Positions 47,971 through 62,319 are shown, counted from the stretch's first letter. The stretch: 64,000 nucleotides of DNA from Kofleriaceae bacterium (GCA_965215005.1 CBDCCZ010000021.1:1-64000), one strand, 5' to 3'. Numbers and translations: made by a program. The notes: generated by a model not told the origin, from the letters alone.

Positions 47971-50310
47971 TCACGGCGCAAAGCTGTAGCGAGCGTACGC
48001 AAATATTGAACGTCCGGGCTGCGGATATGGGAAGACGACGCTACCACCTTGTTCATAACGGTGATCGAGTACGTTATTGACAGTGAGGCGTGCGCCAAGG
48101 CCAGGCGTGATGACGTCGCGGATATCGATGGTCGCGGTGATTAGCCAATAGTCGTCGAGCTCGTAGTTCTGATCGCTGAAGGGCATCACAGTGCCATCGG
48201 GGCTCATTCTGAAGGTTGGGCCGATGGGAGCCAGCTGGGGCCCGACGTAGCGGGTTACGAGTCCTAACGTCAGGTTGTCGTAGATGGTGGGAAGTGGCTG
48301 ACCACTCAGGATGAGGTTGGCGACGAAGCTCGGAACGTTGTTGATTCGGCCGCTGCTTTCGTCGGCGCCAAAGTCTTGGGCGTCGATCGCTCGTTGGTAC
48401 GTGGCATTGGCGCGGGCGCGATAGTGTGCGCGCAAATAAGCGATTTCGCTCTCGACGCCGAGGCTCTTGAGACTGCCGGCGTTCTCGTAATTAGGTTCCC
48501 CTGCCTGCGCGTCTAGGTTGCGGAATACGAAGTCAAAGACGTGATTGTAGAAAAACGTCGAGCTCGCTTGGAAGAGTCCACCCGCGAGTCGAAGGGTGGG
48601 TGTCGCTTGCACCGACCGCAGATGCTCTGGCGTGAGCGACTCTGAGCCCTGGTAGCTAGCGAGAGAATTGTATCGATACCAGTACGGCGCATCGACGAAC
48701 GACTCGGCGTACGAAAGCTTGACGTCTACCTCGTCGCTGGGAGTCCAAACTGCGGCCAAGCGCGGGCTGAAGTCCAGCAGCAGCTCGCCGCGCAGACGGT
48801 CCTTGGCGTCGACCCGAGCGCCGAGGTTGAGGAGAACCTGATCACTGAAGCGGTGCTTGACCTGGCCGAAGGCCGAGTACACCGTCTCACTGCCGCGCTC
48901 CAGGAGCGGCGAGGCATCGTTATCGGCTGCGGCGGTCCACTCCCCGTCGGTACCAACCAAGAAGATGCTGTCGTAGAGGGTCATGCGGTCGACTTGGGCG
49001 CCAGCCGTGAAGTTGCCCGATCCTAAGGCGGCCGCCGGGTATGAGATGGTGGCTTGAGCGATGCCTCCGTAGGCGTAGTCGTTCCACGAGACCAAGCCAT
49101 AGCTCCTCATGGCCGGGTCGGTGACGATGAGGGTTGTGAGATCGTTTTGATCCACGTAGGCGCGGGACTCGACATTGACGAAACTGGCCAACGATCGGTT
49201 CCACATCAGCTCGAGGTGGCGCGAGGACGAGGTGAGGCCGGGGCCGTGCCCCTGAAAGGTGCGGTAGTCGTCGTAGTCGTAGGCCTCGCCGGTGATGCCG
49301 CCGCCAGAGAAAGGCTCGATGAGCTTGCCGCGGCGGACGTTTCCGAACAGCGTGAGCTGACCCAGCTGATATTTCGCTCCAACATCGTACGCCCCCGGAT
49401 CGCGCACGCCGCCGACTACTGCAGAGCCACCTTGAGGCACGTCGGAATAGTCGTTGGCCGGGGAGATTGCGACCTCCTGCCCGTGCGCAAAGAAGAAGCT
49501 GCCCCACGCGAGCACGTCATGGTCTTGGCCGAAAGACTCGCCAAAGGTGAAGTTCGCGGTGCGACCGGCGGCGAGCGGTTGGCCACTCGAGCGCACCGGG
49601 CTCGCATCTCCCGAGCCCCAATAATCGCCACCGCCAACTTCTACCGTGGCACCGTCGAGATCAGCACCGTCCCGGGTGATCACGTTTACCACCGCCGTGA
49701 GGGCAACGTTGCCGTAGAGCGATGAACCAGGTCCGCGCAGAACCTCGATCTGCTTCACCTTGGAGACGCCGATGCCAATGCTGTGGTCGACGTCGCCCAT
49801 GGAATAGGCGCGAGAGTTGATACGATGGCCATCGACCATCACGAGGATCTTTTGCTGTGAGGAGGCATAGATCCCGCGCATGGCGACGTTCATTTCATTG
49901 TGATCGGCCACGTTAGTCATACCCGGCACGAAGATGACCAACGCTTCTTGTAACGTCTGCGCGCCGCTAGCTTGAATCATGTCGGGGGTGATAACGGTGA
50001 CCGGCACAGGAGAATCACGGACCGACTCTTCGAGTAGAGAAGCGGTCACGACGCGCACGTTAACCAGCTCTGACAGAGACATCTCGGCGTAGGTCGACTC
50101 GACGAGTACGTCGCCATACACCTCGTCATCCGCCGCGACCGTGGTCTCCACGGATGGGTCCGTCGCGGTGTTGGAAGGCGGCAGCGTCGTGTCGACAGTT
50201 GCCTCGGTAGAGACCTCGGCCTGCTCTGCGTTGGCTTGCGCGAGCGCCGATCCGGTCGTCGCTGTGAGCGAGAGGAATAATGTTCCTGCGAAAGCGCAAA
50301 TGAATCGCAT
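47971..50310 (-). CDS. TonB-dependent receptor
   Basis: Signal peptide, MSLSELVNVRVVTAS, plug (IEVLRGPGSSLYG), LTPEHLRS, NNVLD...GRS and terminal YARYSF strand. Confidence 0.92.
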   Translation of the reverse strand: MRFICAFAGTLFLSLTATTGSALAQANAEQAEVSTEATVDTTLPPSNTATDPSVETTVAADDEVYGDVLVESTYAEMSLSELVNVRVVTASLLEESVRDSPVPVTVITPDMIQASGAQTLQEALVIFVPGMTNVADHNEMNVAMRGIYASSQQKILVMVDGHRINSRAYSMGDVDHSIGIGVSKVKQIEVLRGPGSSLYGNVALTAVVNVITRDGADLDGATVEVGGGDYWGSGDASPVRSSGQPLAAGRTANFTFGESFGQDHDVLAWGSFFFAHGQEVAISPANDYSDVPQGGSAVVGGVRDPGAYDVGAKYQLGQLTLFGNVRRGKLIEPFSGGGITGEAYDYDDYRTFQGHGPGLTSSSRHLELMWNRSLASFVNVESRAYVDQNDLTTLIVTDPAMRSYGLVSWNDYAYGGIAQATISYPAAALGSGNFTAGAQVDRMTLYDSIFLVGTDGEWTAAADNDASPLLERGSETVYSAFGQVKHRFSDQVLLNLGARVDAKDRLRGELLLDFSPRLAAVWTPSDEVDVKLSYAESFVDAPYWYRYNSLASYQGSESLTPEHLRSVQATPTLRLAGGLFQASSTFFYNHVFDFVFRNLDAQAGEPNYENAGSLKSLGVESEIAYLRAHYRARANATYQRAIDAQDFGADESSGRINNVPSFVANLILSGQPLPTIYDNLTLGLVTRYVGPQLAPIGPTFRMSPDGTVMPFSDQNYELDDYWLITATIDIRDVITPGLGARLTVNNVLDHRYEQGGSVVFPYPQPGRSIFAYARYSFAP

Positions 50311-50762
50311 GCTCTCCCCTGTGCGGTTGTTATCCGCGCCCGTATCGACGCGACGTGGTGCGCTCGCGCCTGCGGTCCCCTTCATGAGGTAGACGAAAGC
50401 GATCGCGCAGGTCAATTCAGAAATGGCCTATACGTGAGGTCGGTGCAGTTTGCAGTGCAATTGTCGCGGGCTCGCCAGCAGAGTCGCTGCGTCTTCCGCG
50501 CTCGGCTCTTTCACTCTCAGCGGAGGCACAGTGTAAAGGTGCAGTCGTAGCGGGCAGCAAAGAAACCTACGTTCGTGCCGCGTTCGACGAGCCTTATCGT
50601 AAAGGCAAACGCTTTACTTCACGGAAAGCAGCGTGCTCGAGCGACGGTGGTAGGACCGCAACGATGAGCAGCAACGGCGATGGTGCTGTAGACGCTCGCC
50701 AAGGCCCTCCGTATACTTCGCATTCTTGCGCGCATGAGCTCGAGAGCCAGCTGGGAGGCCGG

Positions 50763-53276
50763 ATGAAACTAACAAGCGCACGAGGAACGCTCTGGTCATT
50801 GGTGCTCGTGAGCTTTCTCGCCGCGACAATTTCTTCCAGAGCTGCCAATGCGCAGCTCGACGGCATGAGCGTCCTGCTCCTCGAGGCGGAGGATGCGTAT
50901 TCGAGCGGCGACTTAGAGAACGCCGCATCGCTTTATGAGCAAGCGATTCAAAAGTACGGCGCGCAGGTCGGGGCACCGGCGTTTGCGAAACGCGCGTCGA
51001 TCTTTCTCCTGCGCAAACGTTACAGCGAAGGCGTTGAATGGATCGATCGCGTCGCGTTGACGCACCACCCGCGCAGCGCGCTGGTTCTCGAGCAGAAAGC
51101 GTTGCTGCTGCACGGGATGCCGGGCGGGCGCGCAGAGGCCGTGACTGTGGCCGAGCAGGTCGTGGAATCACAGGACTCAGCGTTCGGACTCCATCTCATG
51201 ATTGGAAACTACTACGCGAGCGGCGAGAAGCGCGCGCCCCAGCGAGCTGCGGCGGCGTACCGCGCCTTTCTCGCCAAACGGCCAGCCTCGTACGCCAAGC
51301 TCGATCAACAGGTGAATGCGGGCCTGGGGAGCGTGTTGCTGCAGAGCGAAGAGCCCGCGGCCGCGCTCGCTGCATTCGATCGCGCCATTGCGCTCTCTGG
51401 ACCGGTGGAGGTGCGGCAGCTGGCGATCGCCGGGCGGTGTTCGGCGCTGGTCGAGCTCGGCCAGTATCTCGACGCCAACCGAACCTGCTCAGAGGCAGTG
51501 GCCAATGAAAAGGCCCGCGGCAACATCGTCTCGCAGAGTCATCTCGACCTAGCCACCGCGTTGCTGCGACTACAGCGCACCGAGCAGTCGGCAAAGCTGG
51601 TGGCTTCGGTCCTCGAGCACGCGCCGCGAGATGTCGAAGCGAACCTGCTCATGGGAGATGTCCTGTGGGCGCAGAAGCGGTTCGATCGAGCGGAAACGCA
51701 ATTTCAAAAGACCAAGCAGCTCGAACGCGCTGATGGTCGTGCGAGGTTACGGCTCGCGTTCCTGTATCTGAATGGGCCCGAGCGCCGACCGAACAAAGTC
51801 ATCGCCGAGCTCGAAGCGCCGGTGCGTCGAGGGACGGCGGAGCCGATGGCGGCGTATCTGCTGGCGCGTGCTCATCATCTAGAAGGTCGTCCCGAACGAG
51901 CGATTGAGGTGCTGAGCGACTCTGAGCGGCTACTGAGTGAGCGCGCCGACCTGGCGCCCTACGTCGCTGCGCTGCGCGCCGATGCGATGTTGCGCAAAGA
52001 TGCCGGGCTGGCTGCCGAAGCGTTAGAAGGATATCGAGCGGCGCTGGCGAGCGCGCCCAATCATCGGCGCGCGAGGCGCGGCGAGCTGCGCGCGCTCAAC
52101 CTGTTGGCGGCGCAGGCCTTGCGCGCGGGGCAGCTCGAGCGCGCCGAGGGATACTTGCGAGCAGCACTCGAGCGGCAGCCAAAGCATGTTTGGTCGCTTT
52201 CCAACCTCGGTATCGTGCTGCTCGAAGCTAAGCGGTATCCAGAGGCGATCGCACCGCTACAGCGGGCGGTGCGACTTCGGCCGCAGCGCCCGCTCGCACG
52301 CCGGCTGCTAGCGCAAGCTTTGGCGCGAGTGGACAAGCTAGAGGCCGCAGCCGAGCAATATGCCGAAGCCAGTGCGCTCGCTGAGCGCGGCAAAAATCAG
52401 GCGTTGCGCAAGGAGATCGAGGTCGAGTGGGGCAGCGTAGCACTGCGTCTGGGCCAGTTTGATTTAGCAGCAAAAAGCCTCGAGCGTGCGCTCTCGCTCA
52501 GCGGACGCGAAGAGCTCGACGAGCTGGCGCGGCCAATGCTAGACATCGCGCGCTGTCGCCGCGGCTATAGCGCGCTGCTCGCTCGCCAGTGGTCAGCAGC
52601 GAGCGCAGATCTTCGCGCTGTGAATGCCGCAAAGAGTGCGTTGCCGCAGGAGATGGTGGTTCCGTGCAAGTTCGCTCTCGGGCTAGCGTTGGTTTATACG
52701 AGCAGCGACGAGGCGGCGTATCGGGTCTTCGTTGAGCTCCTCGACAACCCAGGGCCATGGCTCGCCGATGAGTATCGCAACGGCGGCGAGGCGGCGCTGC
52801 TGGCCTACGCGCAGTATCGCCAGGGCAGCTCAAGTGCGTATCGCGCAGCCGAGCGCCTTGCTCGCCGCTGGATCGACCGTGCGAGCGGTGCACCGAAGGC
52901 GGAGCTTCGGGCGGTACTCCGGGCCAGTCTCGAGCAAATGGGCTACGCAGCCGTTGGCCGCCGGCCGGCTGAAGCGCAGGGGCACTGGCAAGCAGCGCGG
53001 CGTTACGCCGATGGTGAAGATCAAGCGCGCATCGAGTGCAACCTCGCGGTGCTCGACCTAGTCCGTGGCCGTGTCGGGCCTGCGCGCCAGCGGCTGCGCG
53101 AGCTCGGCTCAACGCCACCTGAAGCACTGGTCAACCTCGGCTTGCTCTTCGAACGCGCCGGTGATTTTGCGAAGGCCTATCAGCTGTGGAGTCGGGCGGT
53201 GAAGGGCGGGGTGCGCGACAAAGAGCTGTTGCGCTGGGTTCAAGCCAAAGAAGAACTCTTCGGATTTGGTGAATGA
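50763..53276 (+). CDS. Exported TPR-repeat protein
   Basis: GGAGG RBS, signal peptide (ANA/Q), many TPR-like helical repeats. Confidence 0.85.
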   Translation: MKLTSARGTLWSLVLVSFLAATISSRAANAQLDGMSVLLLEAEDAYSSGDLENAASLYEQAIQKYGAQVGAPAFAKRASIFLLRKRYSEGVEWIDRVALTHHPRSALVLEQKALLLHGMPGGRAEAVTVAEQVVESQDSAFGLHLMIGNYYASGEKRAPQRAAAAYRAFLAKRPASYAKLDQQVNAGLGSVLLQSEEPAAALAAFDRAIALSGPVEVRQLAIAGRCSALVELGQYLDANRTCSEAVANEKARGNIVSQSHLDLATALLRLQRTEQSAKLVASVLEHAPRDVEANLLMGDVLWAQKRFDRAETQFQKTKQLERADGRARLRLAFLYLNGPERRPNKVIAELEAPVRRGTAEPMAAYLLARAHHLEGRPERAIEVLSDSERLLSERADLAPYVAALRADAMLRKDAGLAAEALEGYRAALASAPNHRRARRGELRALNLLAAQALRAGQLERAEGYLRAALERQPKHVWSLSNLGIVLLEAKRYPEAIAPLQRAVRLRPQRPLARRLLAQALARVDKLEAAAEQYAEASALAERGKNQALRKEIEVEWGSVALRLGQFDLAAKSLERALSLSGREELDELARPMLDIARCRRGYSALLARQWSAASADLRAVNAAKSALPQEMVVPCKFALGLALVYTSSDEAAYRVFVELLDNPGPWLADEYRNGGEAALLAYAQYRQGSSSAYRAAERLARRWIDRASGAPKAELRAVLRASLEQMGYAAVGRRPAEAQGHWQAARRYADGEDQARIECNLAVLDLVRGRVGPARQRLRELGSTPPEALVNLGLLFERAGDFAKAYQLWSRAVKGGVRDKELLRWVQAKEELFGFGE

Positions 53277-54163
53277 TTATGAAGCAGGTGTGGCTATCGC
53301 TCACGTTCGTCATCGTCATTGCCTTCGCGGGCGCTGCCGGTGCGCAAGAAACCTCGCCGCGTCTCACCATCGGCTTATATGCGCCGGTGATTGGATTTCG
53401 CACCGCGGCAGAGCGACTCCAGTACGTGCAGGGGTTGGCTGCCGAAATCGAGAAGGCCACCGGAGTGCCGACGACGGGCAAGTCGTTCGCGCGCTTCTCG
53501 GATCTGTTGCGCGAGCGACCGCACTTCGCCATCGTCGACGGCGTCTGTGCCACGACGCGCTCGCTTGGGACGGTGCTTCTGAGCGCCGCAATCGACGGAG
53601 AGACGGAAGAGTCTTGGGGACTGTTTTCAACACAGGTACAGAGTTTTCAGGAGCTAGAGGGCCAAAAGATCGCCTCGGTTGGGCGCGGCTGTGCGGATAT
53701 GGCGTTTCTGGCGCACGCCATGCTGCGCAGCGAAGTGCCGTTGAGCTTCTTTGCTGGCGTAGTTCGCAAGCCGACGATCGATGGTGCCGTGGCTGCGGTC
53801 GCGTCTTATAAAGAAGCCGCTGCGGTCTTCGCCCCCGAGCGCCTTGGCCGCGGCATGCGCCGTCTCTTCATCGCCGGCGCCGTGCCGACTCCAGTGCTCA
53901 TTCAGATGTCGCGCCGAGTCGGTGACGTTGCGCCGAAGGTCGCGCGGGTGGTTTCTGCTTCGCAGCTCGGTCGGGCAAGTGGCTGGCGTACGCCCGGGCC
54001 ACTGATGGGCTCGTTCGCGGATCGCCTCAAGCGGCGCACCAAGAGCGTGCTTTGGGTTCGGCCCAAGCGCGAGTATCTAAACTTCGGCGACTTGATCATC
54101 TTCCCCGGCTTCGACGCGAAGTTCGTCAGCGTCAGTCATCTGTTCGAGGAGCCGCCTCGGTAG
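53273..54163 (+). CDS. PhnD/SsuA-like periplasmic binding-fold protein
   Basis: Signal peptide (AGA/Q), LTIGLYAP, SFQELEGQKIA, AVAAV...AAAVF, VPTPVL; ATGA overlap with the TPR gene. Confidence 0.6.
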   Translation: MIMKQVWLSLTFVIVIAFAGAAGAQETSPRLTIGLYAPVIGFRTAAERLQYVQGLAAEIEKATGVPTTGKSFARFSDLLRERPHFAIVDGVCATTRSLGTVLLSAAIDGETEESWGLFSTQVQSFQELEGQKIASVGRGCADMAFLAHAMLRSEVPLSFFAGVVRKPTIDGAVAAVASYKEAAAVFAPERLGRGMRRLFIAGAVPTPVLIQMSRRVGDVAPKVARVVSASQLGRASGWRTPGPLMGSFADRLKRRTKSVLWVRPKREYLNFGDLIIFPGFDAKFVSVSHLFEEPPR

Positions 54164-54226
54164 CGGCAGGTCGCGCGGCCAAAGCTATCTCAGTACATAT
54201 TTTCGTTGGAGAGCATTATCCTCGTG

Positions 54227-55435
54227 ATGGTGCGCCGCGTCGTCACGGGCCTTGTGCTGGTAGTGTTGACGTTTGCTTCTGCTGTGGCCACAGCAGAGCG
54301 GCCGTTCACAATCGCGATCCCGCACCGCAGCGTTCCTGAGCTGCATCTCTATACGATGGGGGCGGGCGAGTCGCTGTTTCAGCGGTTTGGTCATGCGGCG
54401 CTGTGTCTGCACTATCCGGCGCAGCCAACCGCCGATATCTGTTTCAATTACGGCACGACCAACTTCGAAACGGCTCCTCAGCTGGTTTGGGATGTTTTGC
54501 GCGGGGCTGCTCTGTTTTGGGTCGAGACCACAAGTCCGCGCCGAATGGTGCGGCTTTATCGCTATCTCGACCGAGACATCTGGCGTCAGACTCTTCCTCT
54601 CACCGAGGTGCAAGCGGCTCGCGCCGAAGCTCATCTGCTACGCGATGCGCTGCCGCAGAATCGCTTCTATCGCTACCACCACTTTTTCGACAACTGCACG
54701 ACGAGGCTGCGAGACATCATCGATGCAGCCACCGATGGGGCGCTGCGTCGTGCAGTTGCTGGGGAGACGACGAGCTCGAGCTTTCGAGAGCTCGGCCGTC
54801 GCGGCTATGCCTCCCAGACCTGGCTACGGATACTCAGCGACTTCTTCTGGGGCCGAGCGGCCGATCATCGGCCCGACGCGTGGGAAGCGATGTTTCTGCC
54901 AGCAAACTTGCGTGCTGAGGTCTCTAGGCAGCTCGGCGCGGAGCCGGAGGTGGTTGCGGTCCGTCGCGCGCAACCGGTGCCGCTCCATGGCCTGAGCGGA
55001 CGACCGTGGATCGCGCTCGGAGCCTTGCTGCTGACCGCTCCCATCGCGATTGGCTGGGCGCGGGGCCGCATTCGGGGCGTTTCGCTGCTGCCCGCCAGCG
55101 TTGTGCTGGGAGCTCTTGGCACCTCGATCTGGCTCCTCATCGCAGTGAGCGGTTTGCTCGAGCTTCGCTATAACGAGGCGGTGCTGATGTTTTGGCCGAC
55201 CGACCTGCTGTTGCCGCTACTGCGCAATGGCCACCGCCGCGCGTACGCTGCCCTGCGGCTAGTGAGCTGCTTGCTTATCGCGCTTCTCTTGGCGATCGGC
55301 GTGTTGGTGCAGCCGCTTTGGGTGCCGATGCTGATGGTGCTGGTGCCGATGACGATCGTCGCTATGCCGCCTGTGCCGAAACGACGAGCGCCCTCGCAAG
55401 CGAGGGCGCCCTCACAACCTATGAATCAGCGCTAG
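54227..55435 (+). CDS. DUF4105 (Lnb-like) membrane protein
   Basis: FGHAAL, FNYGT, YRYHHFFDNCTT, MFLP; four C-terminal TM helices. Confidence 0.85.
   Translation: MVRRVVTGLVLVVLTFASAVATAERPFTIAIPHRSVPELHLYTMGAGESLFQRFGHAALCLHYPAQPTADICFNYGTTNFETAPQLVWDVLRGAALFWVETTSPRRMVRLYRYLDRDIWRQTLPLTEVQAARAEAHLLRDALPQNRFYRYHHFFDNCTTRLRDIIDAATDGALRRAVAGETTSSSFRELGRRGYASQTWLRILSDFFWGRAADHRPDAWEAMFLPANLRAEVSRQLGAEPEVVAVRRAQPVPLHGLSGRPWIALGALLLTAPIAIGWARGRIRGVSLLPASVVLGALGTSIWLLIAVSGLLELRYNEAVLMFWPTDLLLPLLRNGHRRAYAALRLVSCLLIALLLAIGVLVQPLWVPMLMVLVPMTIVAMPPVPKRRAPSQARAPSQPMNQR
55388..55409 (-). terminator. Hairpin just downstream of atpC at a convergent gene junction
   Basis: GCGCCCTCG-CTTG-CGAGGGCGC on the minus strand (CUUG tetraloop), about 22 nt after the atpC stop; weak U-tract. 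Confidence 0.5.
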
Positions 55436-55875
55436 CTCACGGCGCCGCTGCGACGGTGCGCTTCGACCATAGCCGAAGCCCAGTCGTGGCGATCCTTGAC
55501 GTTTCTCCACTCGCCATCCTGAGCCTGGTCTTTATATGCGGCGAGCTCGGCGGTGGCCTGCTCGAGAGCAGCTTCGGCCGCGCGGGCATCGACCTGCGAG
55601 CCGGCGACCGCCTGGCCGACGAGAATTTCGACCTGGCCTTGCTGCGAGACCCGCAGATAGCCGCGCCCGACGGCGAAGACCTGCTTGCGCATCTGCCCGA
55701 TCATCAGCACGCCCGGGTGCAGCGCCGTGAGGAACGGGATGTGGCCCGGCATGACCTCGAACTCGCCGAGCTCGCCGGGCGCGGTGACGGCGTCAGTCGC
55801 GCCCTCGGTGATGGGCCCGTTGGGAGTCACCACGTTGACGTGCAGCGAGCCGGTTGCAGAAAACTCATCCGCCAT
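55432..55875 (-). CDS. atpC: ATP synthase F1 epsilon subunit
   Basis: VVTPNG, PGELGEFEVMPGHIPF; last gene of the operon. Confidence 0.95.
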   Translation of the reverse strand: MADEFSATGSLHVNVVTPNGPITEGATDAVTAPGELGEFEVMPGHIPFLTALHPGVLMIGQMRKQVFAVGRGYLRVSQQGQVEILVGQAVAGSQVDARAAEAALEQATAELAAYKDQAQDGEWRNVKDRHDWASAMVEAHRRSGAVS

Positions 55876-55877
55876 CG

Positions 55878-58239
<2,362 letters not shown>

Positions 58240-58243
58240 GGGC

Positions 58244-59777
<1,534 letters not shown>

Positions 59778-59829
59778 GTCTAATCCTCGTTGTCAGGTGC
59801 ACGGGGGCGCACGCTGCGATGAAACTCGG

Positions 59830-60369
59830 TTACTCGACCAATCCCTCGCGCATGAGCTCGAGCTGGGTGCGAAGGCTGCCGTCGTAGACGAGGTCGCCTA
59901 CCTTGGCGACCACGCCGCCGAGCAGCTCTGGGTCTTCCCGTCGCTCGAGCTGCACTTTCTTACCGCTGAGCCTCTCGAGAACGGCCTGGAGCTGCTCCAC
60001 CTGCGCAGGCGACATTGGCGAAGCACTAACGACCTCCGCCGTGGTACGGCCGACGCGCTCGTCAATCATGGCGTCGAGCTCGCGGCTGATGTCGGGTACC
60101 GCGCCGATCCGCTCGCCATCGAGCAGTAGCAGACAAAAGTTGCGGGTGACGGTCGACGCACCGAGCCGTGCGAGTATCGCCTCGAGCAAGTTGCGCCGCT
60201 CGTCACGCGTGAACGAGGAGCTGGTGAGGACATTGCTGAGCTCCTCAGAGGAGCGCATTGCCGCAGCCAAGCTACCGAGCTCGCGACCGAGCTGCTCATA
60301 GTTATTGTTGTCGACGCCGATGCTCATCAGCGCGCGGGCATAACGGCGTGCAAGACTGCCAGTAACCAT
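59830..60369 (-). CDS. atpH: ATP synthase F1 delta subunit
   Basis: ARRYARAL, DPELLGG, DGSLRTQL. Confidence 0.96.
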   Translation of the reverse strand: MVTGSLARRYARALMSIGVDNNNYEQLGRELGSLAAAMRSSEELSNVLTSSSFTRDERRNLLEAILARLGASTVTRNFCLLLLDGERIGAVPDISRELDAMIDERVGRTTAEVVSASPMSPAQVEQLQAVLERLSGKKVQLERREDPELLGGVVAKVGDLVYDGSLRTQLELMREGLVE

Positions 60370-61136
60370 TAGATGCGCTCCTGAGCCGGCTGTTTGCCGC
60401 CAGCGTCGATGCTCGCGATGAAGTCGTCGACGAGTGCCTTCTTGTCGCCAGGCGTGGCCCGCTCGCGAAGGATCGCCTCCGCGGCGGCGAGAGCCTTGGC
60501 AACGACCTCACGCTCGATCTCGTAGCGAGCACGCTCGATTTCGGCGGCGATGCGGCTGTCGGCATCGCGGCGGAGCGCCGCTGCTTGTGCCTCGGCGTCG
60601 GCGATGATGCGCTTGCGCTCGGCTTCGGCATCCGTGCGAATGCCTTTGATGAGCGCGTCGACCTCGGTCTCGGCGTCGCGAATGCGACTCTCGTATTCGG
60701 CGAGCTTATCGGCGGCCCGCTGCCTGAGCAGCTTGGCCTCATCGAGCGACTGCTTGAAGGTGAGGTGGCGCTTCTCGACCGCGCGGCGAATGATCGGCCG
60801 CACCTTCCAGCCGAGAATGACAAGCACGAGGGCGAAGTTGCCAACTAGATACAAGAACGGCGGCGACATTGGCTCTTGCGCCGTGAGCGGAATTGGCTGG
60901 CCAGCGGCATTGAGGCCGCTGCCGAGCATCCCGCCGCAGACGTTCTTGCTCTTGTAACCAAGATCGAGCCAGTTGACGCCGCACATAGGATGACCGCCCA
61001 TCTCGGCGGCCTGCTCGAGACCGTGCTCACCATCGGCGACCTGCGGCGCGGCGTTCGCCACGTCGCTAGCGAGCATCGCCAGCGAACCGAGAAGCGCGGC
61101 GGCGCATACCTTCAGGACCTGCATTGCTCGCTGCAT
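60369..61136 (-). CDS. atpF: ATP synthase F0 subunit b with N-terminal extension
   Basis: GNFALVLVIL TM helix followed by a b-type coiled coil; directly upstream of atpH. Confidence 0.9.
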   Translation of the reverse strand: MQRAMQVLKVCAAALLGSLAMLASDVANAAPQVADGEHGLEQAAEMGGHPMCGVNWLDLGYKSKNVCGGMLGSGLNAAGQPIPLTAQEPMSPPFLYLVGNFALVLVILGWKVRPIIRRAVEKRHLTFKQSLDEAKLLRQRAADKLAEYESRIRDAETEVDALIKGIRTDAEAERKRIIADAEAQAAALRRDADSRIAAEIERARYEIEREVVAKALAAAEAILRERATPGDKKALVDDFIASIDAGGKQPAQERI

Positions 61137-61603
61137 CAGGCGACCTTCCGTCCGAGGAGCTTAGAAACGATGCCCACTGCCAGCGACTCCGCTCGCGGCA
61201 GGAGCTCACTGCGAGCGGCATTGGCCTCGATTTGTACGCGAGCCCGCGCGGCATCGAGTGCGCCCTGGGCTTCGGAGCGAGCGCGGTCGGTGACCTCGCG
61301 CTCGTGCTCGGCGGCCTCTGCGCGAATTTTGCGCTGTTCGTCGCGCGCACGCGTTCGGGCACCGGCGAGCTTCTCTTCATAGCCGGCGAGCTTGCTGTCG
61401 GCTTCGGCCGACATGCGTTCGGCCTCGCCTCGTGAGCCTTCGACTGCTTCCACACGTTCTTCACGAAGCCGCATGTACGGCTTGAAGAGCAGGGCGCTCG
61501 CCGCTAGCGCGGTCACCAAGAAGATGCCGAGCTGAACGAAGAACGTGTAGTCAAAGTCGATGAGCGGGGCGGCGGCGAGCGTCTGCAGCACCGGCAATTG
61601 CAT
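61136..61603 (-). CDS. atpF: ATP synthase F0 subunit b'
   Basis: IDFDYTFFVQLGIF...LLFKPY...coiled coil...KLLGR. Confidence 0.9.
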   Translation of the reverse strand: MQLPVLQTLAAAPLIDFDYTFFVQLGIFLVTALAASALLFKPYMRLREERVEAVEGSRGEAERMSAEADSKLAGYEEKLAGARTRARDEQRKIRAEAAEHEREVTDRARSEAQGALDAARARVQIEANAARSELLPRAESLAVGIVSKLLGRKVA

Positions 61604-61656
61604 GGCAACCTCTTGAAAAGACGTGGAGTTTGACCGGCCGGGATCGAGTCGCGCCG

Positions 61657-61685
61657 CTTATACGCTGGCCCACGCGGCGTGTCAA
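61657..61685 (-). promoter_or_regulatory. Sigma70-type promoter of the atp operon
   Basis: TTGACA-17 nt-TATAAG, 53 nt upstream of the b' start. Confidence 0.8.
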
Positions 61686-61821
61686 CCGCGTCGAGAGGGG
61701 CCGGTCCATGGACAATGGGATGCAAGCGCCGCCGGTTTCGCGTCGTGCAACGGGCTTGGGCGGAAGCATCGCTGTAGCGAGATTTCGCGAGGCGAGGGTG
61801 CGGTGAATTGCCGCGCCGGCG

Positions 61822-62319
61822 CTACTTGCCGCCGCTCTTGCCTTTGGGCGCCGGAGGTGGCGCATTGGAGCTGGCTGCCGGGCTGCCGGTATCGAGCTCC
61901 GCGGGGGTCCCCCCGACGGCACTCATCGACGTGCCGGACGCCACTGCGGACCGCCGCGCCCCGCTCACAGCGTCTTCCATGAACGAGCGGCCTTCGAAGA
62001 TCACACCCTTGTCGATCTGCAGCGACGGACTGGTGAGGTCGCCTTTGACGCGGCCCGGCGCGTGAATCTCGATGCCGCGCTTGGCGCGGATGTTGCCGAC
62101 GACGGTGCCTTGAATGATGATCTCGCCGATATCGACTTCAGCTTCGACGTGAGCCCCTTCGCCGACGACCAGCACATCATCCGAAAACACCTCGCCTTTG
62201 AGGGTTCCGTCGATGCGGACCGTGCCCTCGAAGGTGAGCTTGCCCTCGAACTCGCTGCCACGCCCTAAAAGAGTATTGATCTCGCCGACTACCGACTGTG
62301 AACGCGCGGGATTCGCCAT
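61822..62319 (-). CDS. bacM: Bactofilin (BacM-like)
   Basis: TLLGRGSEFEGKLTFEGTVRIDG...GRVKGDL...IDKGVIFEG, closely matching the myxobacterial BacM pattern. Confidence 0.85.
   Translation of the reverse strand: MANPARSQSVVGEINTLLGRGSEFEGKLTFEGTVRIDGTLKGEVFSDDVLVVGEGAHVEAEVDIGEIIIQGTVVGNIRAKRGIEIHAPGRVKGDLTSPSLQIDKGVIFEGRSFMEDAVSGARRSAVASGTSMSAVGGTPAELDTGSPAASSNAPPPAPKGKSGGK

Noticed and set aside
50311..50760. Cobalamin or TPP riboswitch upstream of the TonB receptor
   Set aside because: No recognisable conserved boxes; an Rfam/Infernal scan would settle it.
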